The translations under genes were made by a program, and so were the position numbers. The notes beneath the pieces are model-generated. The model saw nothing but the letters and a program-made list of their open reading frames with translations. It ran no database searches and was not told the DNA's origin. Below are positions 1 to 11,964 of a DNA stretch of 64,000 nucleotides, in pieces. How positions within the stretch are numbered: the stretch's first letter is position 1; the number at the start of each line of letters is the position of its first letter. The stretch is taken from contig BFEA01000034.1 in assembly GCA_003427395.1 (NCBI GenBank), positions 3,121,876 through 3,185,875 of the forward strand, in the 5' to 3' direction. This DNA is from Chara braunii (Eukaryota > Plantae > Charophyceae).

Positions 1-392
1 TGCTTCTCTCCCTCCCTCCCTCCCTCCCTCCCTCTCTGCCTCCCTCCTCGCTCTCTGGGTTTCCGTGTACAGATCAGTCACCCGTCATCCTGCACCTATC
101 TGTTTCCCTCCCATCGTCCTGTCCTCCTTTTGTCCATCCACTCCTCCTCTCTCCTGCTCCCTTTCCTCTATCCTGACTTGGGCTGGTCCTCTCTCCCCTC
201 CACCTTTTGTCTGATCTCTCCCCTCCCTCCCCCCTCTCTGCGCGCCCCGCCCCGCAGTGATGCCCCCAACTTGCTCGTCCCTTACCGTGAAAGACGCATG
301 TGCTTCTTGGCCTATGTCCCTCTCGCCCTCTTACTCGTCTAGACACTCGCTCCTACTCTGCCTTTTCCTCGTCTTCGTCAGTTCTTTCATTC

Positions 393-445
<53 letters not shown>

Positions 446-452
446 ACGCACA

Positions 453-494
<42 letters not shown>

Positions 495-1756
495 CCCCCC
501 GCCCTTCTGCCTCCCCTTTGTCCCTCCCCTCCTCCCCTCCCCACTTCCTCCCTTCTTCCATTCTTTCTTCTCCTTCTTCCTCTTTTACCTTCCTTCTTTC
601 CTCCTCCTCTCCATGTCTCCTTTCCTTTCGTTTGTAGTTTCTGCTCCTCCTGCTCTTCTTCTTCTTCTCTGGTTTGGCGCTGGATTCACATCGTCTCCCC
701 TTCCCTTCCCCTTTTCTCCTCGTCACAGCATTCCCTCCCTTGTTTGCTTTCTCGTCCTTTCCCGGGCCCCCTTTCTTGTTGCCTTGCCTACCCGCCCGTT
801 CGAAAATGGAAGAGACGAAACGAAGAGTATATAGCTTCCTTCAGCCATCAACCTGGCCCGCTCGTGCGACAATAAAGGCACGGAGAAGATAGCTTCCTTT
901 GGGAACCAACCGGGAGCGGAAGCGGAAGCGTGGTCTATTTGCTGTCGAGGAAATTCGGCGGCTGAGATTTTTTGCTATAAGGGGCGTCGTTAATTTTTGT
1001 CCTTCCGGCGGTGAAAAGGTTGAAGCTATGGTGTTGTTACAACTCTGCAGTATCTAGCCTCTGTGGAAAGTCTGCAGTTAATTTTTTATTTCTTGTTTTA
1101 TTTTTTTTGTAGGATCAACGGCGTGACATGTACCAGCAAGAGATCCAAAACCCTAAACCAATATAGCTGAGATGGCTAGGCGCGGACTGGAAAAACGGGG
1201 GTTGGGACAATCTTGCTGCCACTGATTTATGAAGCCGATGCGACTTTTCTCTTTCTGTCCTTTTTTTTTTTTTTTTTTTTTTTTTTAAGGTTTAACTGCC
1301 TAGATCGTATAAATCCGATTCTTTTCTTTTCTTTTCTTTTCTGGGTGTTTTTAACTGCCGAAGTCTTATGAATCTGTTGAAAAAGGATATCTGAGCGGAG
1401 CTCTTAAAGCTAAACTGGCTGAGGCTGCCAGGATAACACCGGGTTGAATTGTGAGGTCCTCGGCCTCATCCATTAAAGTTTAAAGCTTTCCGAAAAAATA
1501 AAAAATAAAAAAAAATCTGTTGAACGGATTTTACTGTGTTGTTTTGTGACTTCTGGTGGTGGTCCATTGGAGAAGCTCGCTGTTCGTTAATGCATTTGTG
1601 TTCTGGATTTCTCTGTTTTTCAGGTTTTTCTTTCATCTTCCGTTCTGTGCTTCTTCCTCCCTATCCATCCCCGCATGACCTGATTTTCAGGTTTTCCTTT
1701 CATTTTCCGTTCTGTTTTTCAGGTTTTTCTTTCATTTTCCATTCTGTGTTTCACAC

Positions 1757-1815
<59 letters not shown>

Positions 1816-2011
1816 TTTTTTTTTTTTTTTTTTTTTTCTTTTTTTTTTTTTTTTAAAGCTATATTCTTCTCTNNNNNNNNNNNNNNNNNNNNNNNNNNNN
1901 NNNNNNNNNNNNNNNNNNNNNNNNNNNNNNNNNNNNNNNNNNNNNNNNNNNNNNNNNNNNNNNNGAGAGCAAGTTGTCTTCTCCCCCTCCCCCCCTCTCT
2001 GGTAATTGCAG

Positions 2012-2330
2012 GTCAGCGTTCATGCAGGTGAAGGGCATTCTGCACGAACGCTTTCCTGGCGTCCCGATCGTGGATACCACATATCCGGCGCCATGGAGAA
2101 ACAGGATGATTGCGAACCTTGTTGGGGCAGGACAAGTGGCAGCCATTGGAATTGGTCTCGTCGGAGACCGCCTACCCCCTCCTATGCAGTCGGTCATTCC
2201 GCAGGGGATCTTAGATCTCGCCCGCCAGAACAAAGGCATGTTTCTCGGTGGGGCCTTCGTTCTTGGCAATATGCTAAGGTCGGCTGTTCTTACCACAGGT
2301 GCCTTCGAGGTTTACTACGACGGGAAATTG
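2012..2330 (+). CDS. SELENOT: Selenoprotein T-like (SelT/Rdx family), internal exon
   Basis: Acceptor ttgcag|g at 2011/2012 and donor ttg|gtgagt at 2330/2331. Translation SAFMQVKGILHERFPGVPIVDTTYPAP...GNMLRSAVLTTGAFEVYYDGKL has the SelT hallmarks (YP.P, hydrophobic insert, GN..., TGAFEV). Confidence 0.9.
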
Positions 2331-2580
2331 GTGAGTCGCGTCCTAGGTTTCCTTGTGCTTCCCTCTTTGTTCCTTCTCTATCACCCCCACTTCCCCCCCT
2401 TCCCCCCCTTCCCCCCCTTCCCTCCCCCCTTCCCGCTCTCCTCCTCGACCCCGGAACCACCCTGCTTCTCATCCCGCCACCCACCCACCCACATAACTCA
2501 GCCCTTTTTTCTTTCCTAGTAAAGCATTGACACACTCTTCTGCACCATTGCGAGAGAAACACAACACACACACACACTCA

Positions 2581-2680
2581 GGCCCTGATATGTCGGTGAA
2601 AGTCCGACGAGATAGAGAGTGGCACTGTGTGTGATGCATTTTTTTGTGGAGGTGTGTATAGCGAAGATGACAATACACAT
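2581..2680 (+). ncRNA. Degenerate minimal type-I hammerhead ribozyme-like motif in a short dispersed repeat
   Basis: ctgata-t-GTCGG-tgaaagt-CCGAC-gaga resembles CUGAUGA-stemII-GAAA with core mutations. A second copy lies at 7926. Confidence 0.5.
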
Positions 2681-2866
2681 GGTAAAGGTTGCCGCCCTAA
2701 GCATGCTGGTCGTTGGCTGGAGTATATGATGCATACATGCCGCGGTCAGTGAGGTCGTCATTCAATGGGGAGAAGGAACAAGGGGGATGCAATTGCTATT
2801 GGTATGCTCGATTTGCGCATGTCATGTGTGGTCGGGGGCCGTTCTGCTTTTCCCTTTCTCAATCGG

Positions 2867-3052
2867 AATTACAGATCAGGAAGGGGAGATCAGCAGCAAG
2901 GCTTGCACAGTTGAAGGGAAGGGGCTGCATTTCTAATGGCTGCGGGGAGGAGGTGTAATTACAGATCAGGAAGGGGAGATCAGCAGCAAGGCTTGCACAG
3001 TTGAAGGGAAGGGGCTGCATTTCTAATGGCTGCGGGGAGGAGGAGGTGTAAA
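2867..3052. repeat. Near-perfect 90-bp tandem duplication
   Basis: aattacagatcaggaagggg... starts at 2867 and again at 2957. Confidence 0.95.
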
Positions 3053-3576
3053 ATTGGTACTGAAGAACTGGTGATTTGAAAAATTCGCATTTGCCTCATC
3101 AAATTACGGTATGCATCAAATTACTGGTCAAAACACTTGAAACTTGAGAAGAATCCTTTTTTTTTTTTTTGTGGCCCGATGGACCACGGATCAAATATTA
3201 AACTGATCAGAACAGATGCTACATTTGATGTTAGCCAAAAGGCCTTGAGAAGAATCCTAAGATTCATTATTAGACATGGAAAAAAAAAAGCGGGAGGAGC
3301 CAAGAACCAAAATGACATGCGTGCGGTCCTTTGGGACATCCATGTAAAAAAAAAGGAACGCTACACAGAAGAGAAGATGATGAGCATGGATGGCCCCTGC
3401 GCACGGAAGACACGCGTAAACTGAGAAATGGTTCAGATAAGCGATAAGAAGAATTGTCATGCGGCACCAAAGAACCGGTAAAGGCCAAAGTACAGAAACC
3501 CTTAACCAAAAGAAGGGCCATTAAGCGATAGCACGTGAGCGATAGCATCAAACGTTGACCGAAGATTGAAACGCTG

Positions 3577-3803
3577 CAAAATGGAGCGAAGAAGTCAGAT
3601 ATTTGTTATTTTAACGGTGTCGTCGAGGATAATGTCTCAATGTATAAAGCTGGCTGCAAAATGCGTTCAAGAAGTCATATATACATATTTCAAAATGGAG
3701 CGAGGAACTCAGGTATTTGTAATATTAACGGTGTCGTCAAGGATAATGTCTCAATGTCTAAAGCTGGCTGCAAAATGCATTCAAGAAGTCATATTTACGT
3801 ATA
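3577..3803. repeat. 114-bp tandem duplication (diverged)
   Basis: caaaatggagcga... at 3577 and 3691. Confidence 0.9.
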
Positions 3804-4063
3804 GAGTTTTTCATCTGGTGTGGGTGAGTGGTATAGTCTGCTTTGATTTCGTTGCAGGTACCTTGAGGGCAGATTGTACCTGATTTTGGTTATGTAGTGA
3901 GTCTTTCTTTGGAACTCCATCTCCGATGCTGGAAACGGACTTTCGGGGTGCTGCCGCGAGACGGGAAAACGACATTGGTACTCTAGAACGAAAGGAAAAC
4001 CGGTCAAATAATTGGAGCCCTGCCAAGCAAAAAAGAAAGGAAAAATGGTAATATATATATATA

Positions 4064-4841
4064 CAGGGTGACCGGCGTTCGGGACGGGCCGAACGCCCGA
4101 ACCGGAACTCCCGAACGTACGGGACCCCTTCGGGAGGCGTTCGGCCGTTCGGGCCGAACGCGGACCAAAAAAAAAGAAAAAAAAAGAAAAAAAAAGTTTT
4201 CAAAAAGTTCCGAAAAAAAAACTATGTTATGGAGAAACATAAACTAAACAACATTTGCCTGGGCACTACATCCAAATTCTTTACCAAATTTGAATTAAAA
4301 ATCCAATACAGAAAATAAACACTATGATAAAAATAAGAAAAAATAAAAAGAGAATTAAAATGAGTGAGTGTGCCAGCACCTTTTTGGCACCGCCATCTTT
4401 GTCGATTTTTAATTATTGTTTGGCATTGACAAATGCCCTGAAAATTTACAGATATGTAGTTTGCATAATCAATAACGCATTGAAAAACTTTCAAAAAATA
4501 ATAAATTTTTTTAGGCCCCGAAATAAAGTGAAAACAAAAAGTTAAAAGTGAAAAAAAAACAAAATAGTGAGTGGGCGAGCACGTTTTGACACCCCCATCT
4601 TCGACGATTTTTAATGTTTTTTTTGGCTTAGCAGAATGGCTTCAAAATTTATAGGCGCGTAGGTTACATCATAGAGAATTCGCAAAAAAAAAATCAGAAA
4701 AAAAAAACTTATTTTTAGGCCCCGAAATATTTTTTGGCGGGGGCCGAACCTGGAGGTGTTCGGCCCCCGAACGGGACCCCGAACGCCCGAACGTTCGGGG
4801 GCCAGCCCGGGGGCCCCCGAACGTTCGGTCAGGTAACCCTG
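4064..4841. mobile_element. Non-autonomous TIR DNA transposon (MITE-like)
   Basis: TIRs CAGGGTGACC / GGTAACCCTG flanked by TA on both sides. Clustered CCGAAC/GTTCGG subterminal motifs at both ends. Internal duplication of about 200 bp (about 4360-4525 vs 4565-4730). Confidence 0.8.
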
Positions 4842-6246
4842 TACCTTGTACGCAAGAGGTTCTGAACAGGGGGAGTTGTAAGGAAGAAGATTAAAAACGA
4901 ATTTAAGATTTTTTTGTTTTTTTGGTTTTTTCGCTTAGGCGCTCTGATATCATGTGACAATATATAAATGTTTGTGTTGAGAACCCATTACAACCAGTTT
5001 GTGATGAATTCTGAACACAAGCGCAGTTCCGGGCGTGTAATGTCAGCATGGCGACTAGGGGGGGGGGGGGGGCTGGTCCTTGGCCTGGGCACTCTTGGGG
5101 GGGGCTCTTGCCTGAGCTCACCTTGTCAGGTCTCGGGTCAATTAATGTTTTTAAATTTTAATTGACCGTGTCCTTTTTTCTTCCATTTATCTTTTTTGGC
5201 CTTTTTTTTTTACCCTGTCCTATCTCTGCTCATGATGGCAAAGCTGTCTCGATGGGCTAACACCCCTGCGTATGTACTGATTACTTCCAAGGCACCACTG
5301 TGTCCGTTCACCTCCACACCCTTTGTGCGCCTGTATACAAGGGTGCAGTGGACAGTTAGGTCGTGGGCGGGTGGCAGTCTGCAAGGATGAAAAACTGCAG
5401 CTGTGGACGTGAACCGATCAATTGTGATTGCAATGGTGCAGGCCCGAGGCCACGGCCATCATTGTTGTACCCATATCATTCCGTCAGGATTCCGACTCCT
5501 AAGCTGTGCATCTACACAGTTAAATCTGTGTACCGTTCGGCCACACGGGCTGGGATGATCATTTGAGTGTGCATTGTCAGTTTTATATGGACGATCATTC
5601 TGCTTCTGCATCGTCGGTCTTAAGACGGATGTTCATTCTGTGGGATCGGCGGTCTGGTCATGATGGCTATTATGAACTGCAAAGTCACTATATCCAGACG
5701 GGCAGTTCCCCCTCCCCTCCCCCCCCCCCCCCCCCCCCCTTCAGATGCGTGATTTGTAGGTGCATCGGCTTTTTGCCTGCAAAAGCAGTTCGGAGAGGGT
5801 ATCGAGTGTGAGCATGCATGCAGTTGGGGAGGGATTGAAGGTTCGTTCTCCGCTACGAGCGGCCAGAGGCTGTAGGGGAACTCCTAATGTGTGCATGCCT
5901 TTCGGCCATAACAGGTGTTACCTTCCTGTGGTTGAAAACAAATAATATACTCTACACAATATACTCTACAAGGTCAACACGCACTCTCCAGTTCCATGGC
6001 AACAGGGTATATACATACATGCCGATACTGTTTTTCCCTCTTTTTCTCTTCCCCAAGGGCAATGGCCTTGAAGTATCTTTCGTGAACTGATCAGCCCCAG
6101 GTAATTCAGGTTGTTCTGTTCGGTCAGGTCTGTTTTTTGTCAACAGTTGCATGGGTGTACCGACCGACATTCAGCCACATGGGCTCTGGGTACATGCCGG
6201 TTGTGGCTTCTTAAAAAATAAAAATAAAAAAGAATGAACTCCTTTA

Positions 6247-6832
6247 CTATGTTACCAGAGTGGCCCAGGACCACTTGCGCGGCTGTGCCAAAGATGAAAA
6301 GAAATAAAAAATAAAAAAAAATATTGCCACAGCCCCTCGTTTGTTGTCCTCTTCTCTCTCTCTCTCTCTGTCGACGGCTTACCGGGCAGCTCTGTTTGAC
6401 TATATATGACGATATATATATATATTTAGCTAGGCTATCAGCCGGGCAGCCGGGGTCACGTTGTTTGTCCGGGATGCCCGGCCGTGCAAGGGCCATAAAA
6501 GGTCGCAGGGAAAGAAAAAAAAAAAATGTTATGCAGAAAAGTGAACTGAACAATTTTTGCCTCAGAGTCACATCGAAATTCTTGACGGAATTTAAAATAA
6601 AAGAAAAGTCGGGAAAATATATTTTGGCCCAGCCAGGCAAGTGGTCCTGGGCCACTCTGGTAGCCTGGATTTTGAGTCTATTTTTATTTTCATTTTGGCA
6701 TGCGGCAAAAGTTGTTCAGTTTAATTTTTTGGCGTAACACAGCTTTTTTTTTCCGGATTTTTTTGGAACTTTTTATTTTTGTATTTTCTTTTTGCAGGGA
6801 CCCAGGTGGCCCGGGCCCGGTTGGTAACACAG
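6247..6832. mobile_element. Non-autonomous hAT-like element
   Basis: TIRs CTATGTTACCA / TGGTAACACAG. 8-bp flanks ctccttta / ttctttta match 6/8, differing by C>T, consistent with a decayed 8-bp TSD. Confidence 0.7.
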
Positions 6833-7089
6833 TTCTTTTAGTTATTTCAATATTTTCGATTTCTTTTTCCTTTTTTTTTGTCGAGAAAGGTCATTATGTC
6901 AAGTCACGAATAGGAACAGAGATCCCCATCCAGTCCAGGGAAGGGAAGCGTTGGCACTCTGCCGTGCCATGCCAGCAGGTCGGGTGCCCAGTGCTGTGAT
7001 GCTTCTGCCAATGAGGAAGGACAGTTTCATCTGATCGTTGGCTTTTGTGTCGGTCTGCTGTTGCTTTTCTACTTTCTTCGCATGTATAG

Positions 7090-7200
7090 ATTTTCTCTAA
7101 GCTGGAGCAGGGGCGGCTGCCGGCCGAATATGAGCTTGTACAAGGGCTGCTGGAAGCAATGAGAGAGGGGAGAGGGGGTGTGAGGAGGTGGCAAGACTAA
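7090..7200 (+). CDS. SELENOT: Selenoprotein T-like, terminal exon
   Basis: Pyrimidine tract plus tatag| acceptor. Phase-0 continuation IFSKLEQGRLPAEYELVQGLLEAMREGRGGVRRWQD* gives the SelT C-terminal motif FSKL..GR.P. Stop TAA at 7198-7200. Confidence 0.9.
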   Translation: MFSKLEQGRLPAEYELVQGLLEAMREGRGGVRRWQD

Positions 7201-7571
7201 TGCGGTTTGGGGAGTGTTTGGCAGATTCTGCAGTGTGGGAGGTTGCTGAAGGTGGGAGGTGTTATCTTCTAGATGAGTAGCTATTTCACCCTTTTCCCCC
7301 TTACCCTTTCTCCTTCCTATTATCGACTTTCTCGCACTGTCATTTTTCTGGTGGTCGCTGCCAGGTTACATGAGAAAAGGGTGAAGGGATGTTTTTGTCC
7401 CAGATATGGAGAAACGGGAAAGAAGACACCCTCCTCTTGTCTCCCACTGCAGCTGGACTGAAAAGGAGTTGAAATGCTAGTCGGGAAGGGAGTGTCTCTG
7501 TGAGTCGAGCGTTCTTTGGCGCGTACTTTTTGTGTGGGGTGAGGAGCCGGTGATGAAGACATTAACAGTTG

Positions 7572-7638
7572 CTGTATCTGGATATGACTGACCCATCTGA
7601 AAGCTCTGGCATGATGGCTCACGACCGAGCGGACACAG
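7572..7638 (+). promoter_or_regulatory. SECIS element (selenocysteine insertion sequence) in the 3' UTR
   Basis: Helix I ctgtatctg(7572-80)/cggacacag(7630-38). Core ATGAC(7584-88)/CGAC(7622-25). Helix II tgacccatc/gatggctca. Apical AAA(7600-02) 11 nt after the core, with a possible gc-tctg-gc ministem. About 370 nt after the stop. Confidence 0.85.
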
Positions 7639-7894
7639 GACCGTGATCTCTTTGTTGTCTGCCTTCACGCCACATTTCGTATGCTGACCGAAAGCCGCTG
7701 AGGACTGTAGAATCGAGTATTGCCCATGGCACCAGTTCGAGCAGGAGGGGACTGGTTCGAACATGGCACTAACTGGATCGTGGGTTGGACAGGATCATAG
7801 CTTGAATTGAATGTAGGAGGGTAGGAGCAAGCAGAGTTGGAGGTGATATGTTCTGTAGTTGTCTAGGCCAGATAAGCATAGGCTGTTCTGGTGG

Positions 7895-8126
<232 letters not shown>

Positions 8127-8589
8127 TGGGCTTGTTGTGGATTGATGTCTGGTCCAATGTATTGGACAATCATTTGAGATGATTTGTGACGATGTGGAGT
8201 CACGAAGCCAAGCGTCAGGGCTTATGTTTTTTTTTTTTTTTTTTTTTTTTTGGTCATTGAATTAAATGTTTATCATTGTTTTGTGTTATTGTGGGGATTT
8301 CTCTTTGACCACCACTGCCACTGATGCCAACAGAGGCAGCCAATGTTGTGGCATGCAATCTTGGCCAGTGGAAGGTGGTAGGGCTCCCCACCAAACGCAG
8401 GCATTGCAGCAGAGCGTGGAGTCTTTGGTCTGTCAAATTTTTCCGTGCTTTTTCCATGTGGCAGAAAACTTAGTAGATTAAGTGCGGCAATCTGTTAGAG
8501 GATTTTTTTCCCTTTTTTGAAAGAGCTCCCAACCTTGGTCTGCTAGAGGGGGTGATATGAGCATCTCCCTCTGGCAGACCAATTGCTGC

Positions 8590-8660
8590 TTGCTCCAGTC
8601 TATTGGTGGGGAGCAACACCTGCTGGAAACTGGGCCCAGCATCCCATATACATCCCCTTT
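8590..8660 (-). repeat. Dispersed repeat, copy 1 (others at about 22330-22405 + and 27670-27725 +)
   Basis: Reverse complement reads gggatgctgggcccagtttccagcaggtgttgctccccaccaatag, matching both other copies. Confidence 0.75.
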
Positions 8661-10646
8661 AATTCCACCAGTGGGGCCGCTACCCGGTTTCAACTGAGAC
8701 CAACAAAGAACAACACGAAAACCAGTACATATGGACGGCCTCTTCGGCCTCCCAGGCTGCCAAATGGACAAAAGCATCTTTTGGCTGTGTCATTTGCTGG
8801 AGATTGAACTGGAGGCACTTGCAGACGCATAGCAGCGCACTCCGTACCTGTAACCCTTTGAAGTGCGGGGGCATCGGGCCAAGTGGAAGTGGCTGCTCAG
8901 GTCCTACTGCGGCCGGTTGGGGCACACAATAAGAAGAGCTCTCAGGTTGAGTTCTCAGTCAGAATCATCAAAGCAGACATTCATAATTACAATGCTTATC
9001 AGGGTCGAGACCCTCGATTTCAGGATATTTCCAGAGGCTTAAAAAAACTCGCAACATACCTGTCACAACATAAGCTCAGCAAAATAAGTCCCGATCATGA
9101 CATATAATCTACAAAATAACTTCCATAATATTTCCGAAGTACCTGGGGTCGGTCACCTGTGGATACATCTTAAAGCTGCTGCCCTTTAAAAAAAGCGAAA
9201 ATGAAAAATTGCGGGATCGGACCTGCCTGCACCTGTGGGTCGCCGCCCCCCTCAAAACCTGGCCAGTAAGGTCGGGAAGGCCGAATTTAGGCCGGCTGGG
9301 GGAGTGGTGGTTTAATCGTGGGGGGGTTGGCTGGGCCCCTAACACCTGCAACTGCCCCTCCGTTATTGTTTTAAGCCACCAGTTCCTCTGACTTCAAAAA
9401 TTCGGGGGGATCGGTAGCACAAGGTAATTAAGGCTACCGGTAGTTGGACGTGGACAATTGGGCTCTCAGCGAGAAGGGAAAATGCGTCAACTTGGCACGA
9501 TGACTGATTTTGCGGTTTAAACGTTTTTTTTTGTTTTTTTTTTTTTAATTTGGAAGTATTTCTTCTGGAAAGATCATGACCACCGTCCAATTTTTGTAAT
9601 TATAGACGTTTTCTTTTGAGCATGAAAATCTGCTGAAATCAGGGTACTTTTCCCGTCGGCCCACACTTCGTCGGGACTGGAGGTTTAACATGTCGCCCCC
9701 CGAATGGACCCGAAAAGGGATTGTACAGCCCCTCGGACGACTCTTACAAATCCCTTGGGGTCGTTTGTATGAGTTGGGCTGGTCATACGAACAGGCCGTC
9801 CCAGTCGGAGGGGACAACACTTCTTCTTCATCGTTGTCGTCTTTGTCTTCGTCTTCTTTTTTGCTTCATTTGCCTCTTTTTCAACATCATTTTCTTCTTC
9901 TTCTTCTCCTTCTTCTTCTTCTTCTTCTTCTTCTTCTTTTGTTTGTATTCTTGTTCTTNNNNNNNNNNNNNNNNNNNNNNNNNNNNNNNNNNNNNNNNNN
10001 NNNNNNNNNNNNNNNNNNNNNNNNNNNNNNNNNNNNNNNNNNNNNNNNNNNNNNNNNNNNNNNNNNNNNNNNNNNNNNNNNNNNNNNNNNNNNNNNNNNN
10101 NNNNNNNNNNNNNNNNNNNNNNNNNNNNNNNNNNNNNNNNNNNNNNNNNNNNNNNNNNNNNNNNNNNNNNNNNNNNNNNNNNNNNNNNNNNNNNNNNNNN
10201 NNNNNNNNNNNNNNNNNNNNNNNNNNNNNNNNNNNNNNNNNNNNNNNNNNNNNNNNNNNNNNNNNNNNNNNNNNNNNNNNNNNNNNNNNNNNNNNNNNNN
10301 NNNNNNNNNNNNNNNNNNNNNNNNNNNNNNNNNNNNNNNNNNNNNNNNNNNNNNNNNNNNNNNNNNNNNNNNNNNNNNNNNNNNNNNNNNNNNNNNNNNN
10401 NNNNNNNNNNNNNNNNNNNNNNNNNNNNNNNNNNNNNNNNNNNNNNNNNNNNNNNNNNNNNNNNNNNNNNNNNNNNNNNNNNNNNNNNNNNNNNNNNNNN
10501 NNNNNNNNNNNNNNNNNNNNNNNNNNNNNNNNNNNNNNNNNNNNNNNNNNNNNNNNNNNNNNNNNNNNNNNNNNNNNNNNNNNNNNNNNNNNNNNNNNNN
10601 NNNNNNNNNNNNNNNNNNNNNNNNNNNNNNNNNNNNNNNNNNNNNN

Positions 10647-10678
<32 letters not shown>

Positions 10679-10694
10679 TGCGCGCGCACACGTG

Positions 10695-11029
10695 TAGTAT
10701 TGTATATTTCGATGTTCTAGCGGAAATTCATTCGATTTTGCTCATCCCGTCGATGGAAGTAGCGTGAGGATGCTCTCTCTCTCTCTCTCACACACACACA
10801 ACAAAAAAAATAAAAAATAAAAATCGTTCGATTTTGCTCATTCGATCGATGGAAGTACCTTCTCTCTGAGAGAGAGAGAGAGAGAGAGCAGATAAGTCTC
10901 CTCTACTTCCATCGATATGATGAGCAAAATCGAATGAATCTTCTGCTAGAGCATGGAAATATACACTACCTGGTTGAATATGGCCACACCTGCCGGACAA
11001 CACTTTCGATGGTGATCGATGGAAGTGCA

Positions 11030-11072
<43 letters not shown>

Positions 11073-11162
11073 ATTCCATCAATAGGATGAGCAAAATTGG
11101 AATGAAACTTCCTCTGAAATGTGGAAATACACTGCCACTTTTGAGCAAAATCGGAATGAATC

Positions 11163-11207
<45 letters not shown>

Positions 11208-11335
11208 CCGGTAAGTCTCCAACCTCGCGGCTCGCGTCATGCTACTTCCATTGATAGGATGAGCAACATCCAATGAATCTTCGGCTAGAACATGGAAATA
11301 TACACTACCTGGTTGAACATGGCCGACACCTTCGA
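10695..11335. repeat. Cluster of a short repeat in alternating orientations, interleaved with CA/GA microsatellites
   Basis: Motifs cgattttgctcatc...gatggaagtag and gataggatgagcaaaa...gaatctt...tggaaatatacactacc recur. Further copies at about 13830-13895 and 47608-47885. Confidence 0.8.
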
Positions 11336-11872
11336 CGGCATGGCGCGAAAAAAAACCATAGAAATAAAAAAAAAACATTCATAAAGTCGTGCCAACACCA
11401 ACCCAAAAAAAAATGGCCGTAAAGTTTGCGTAAACAGAAAACTGCGCCGGGCCCACGAAGCCGTGCCAACACCAACCCCCCCCCCAAGAAAAAAACCGTT
11501 AACAAAAAACCGCGCCGGGCCCGCGCGGGAAAAGGTCTCAGCGGGACTTTTATGTGAGACCTGCTGTTGCCTTTAAGAGTACAAGTGGACCCCCCGCAGC
11601 CACGCCGCGGCCAAGGACGACGCCAAAAACATTTTGCAAAACACCCCAGACATCTGTTGGACCCCATCTTTGCAATGCACCTCACCAGACACCGTCCAAT
11701 TTTGCAAAATGCCCCGGTAGTCGCCAACATTTTGTGGGTGCAAATGCAAAAAAAGCGCCCAAATTCCAGGGACATATTGACATATATCCCAACATGTGGG
11801 GGTATTTGGCCAATTACCACCCCCCCCAAAAAGGCCAACCGCATCTTCTCGACGTTTGGAGGAAGATATGCC

Positions 11873-11950
<78 letters not shown>

Positions 11951-11964
11951 CATGTGTGCGCGCG

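Larger units (their letters stand above)
2331..7089 (+). other. GT-AG intron of the SelT-like gene (4759 bp) containing MITEs and duplications
   Basis: Bounded by gtgagt and tag; joins the two exons in frame. Confidence 0.85.

Noticed and set aside
74-900. Pro/Ser/Gly-rich ORFs
   Set aside because: Produced by poly-C and CT microsatellite low complexity; no coding evidence.
1028-1057. MVLLQLCSI* as the missing CxxU exon of SelT
   Set aside because: The stop is TAG rather than TGA, and no suitable phase-2 donor follows; probably chance.
9685-10767. ORFs spanning N-runs (also 13.8-14.7, 16.9-17.7 and 18.9-19.4 kb)
   Set aside because: Artefacts of translating assembly gaps.
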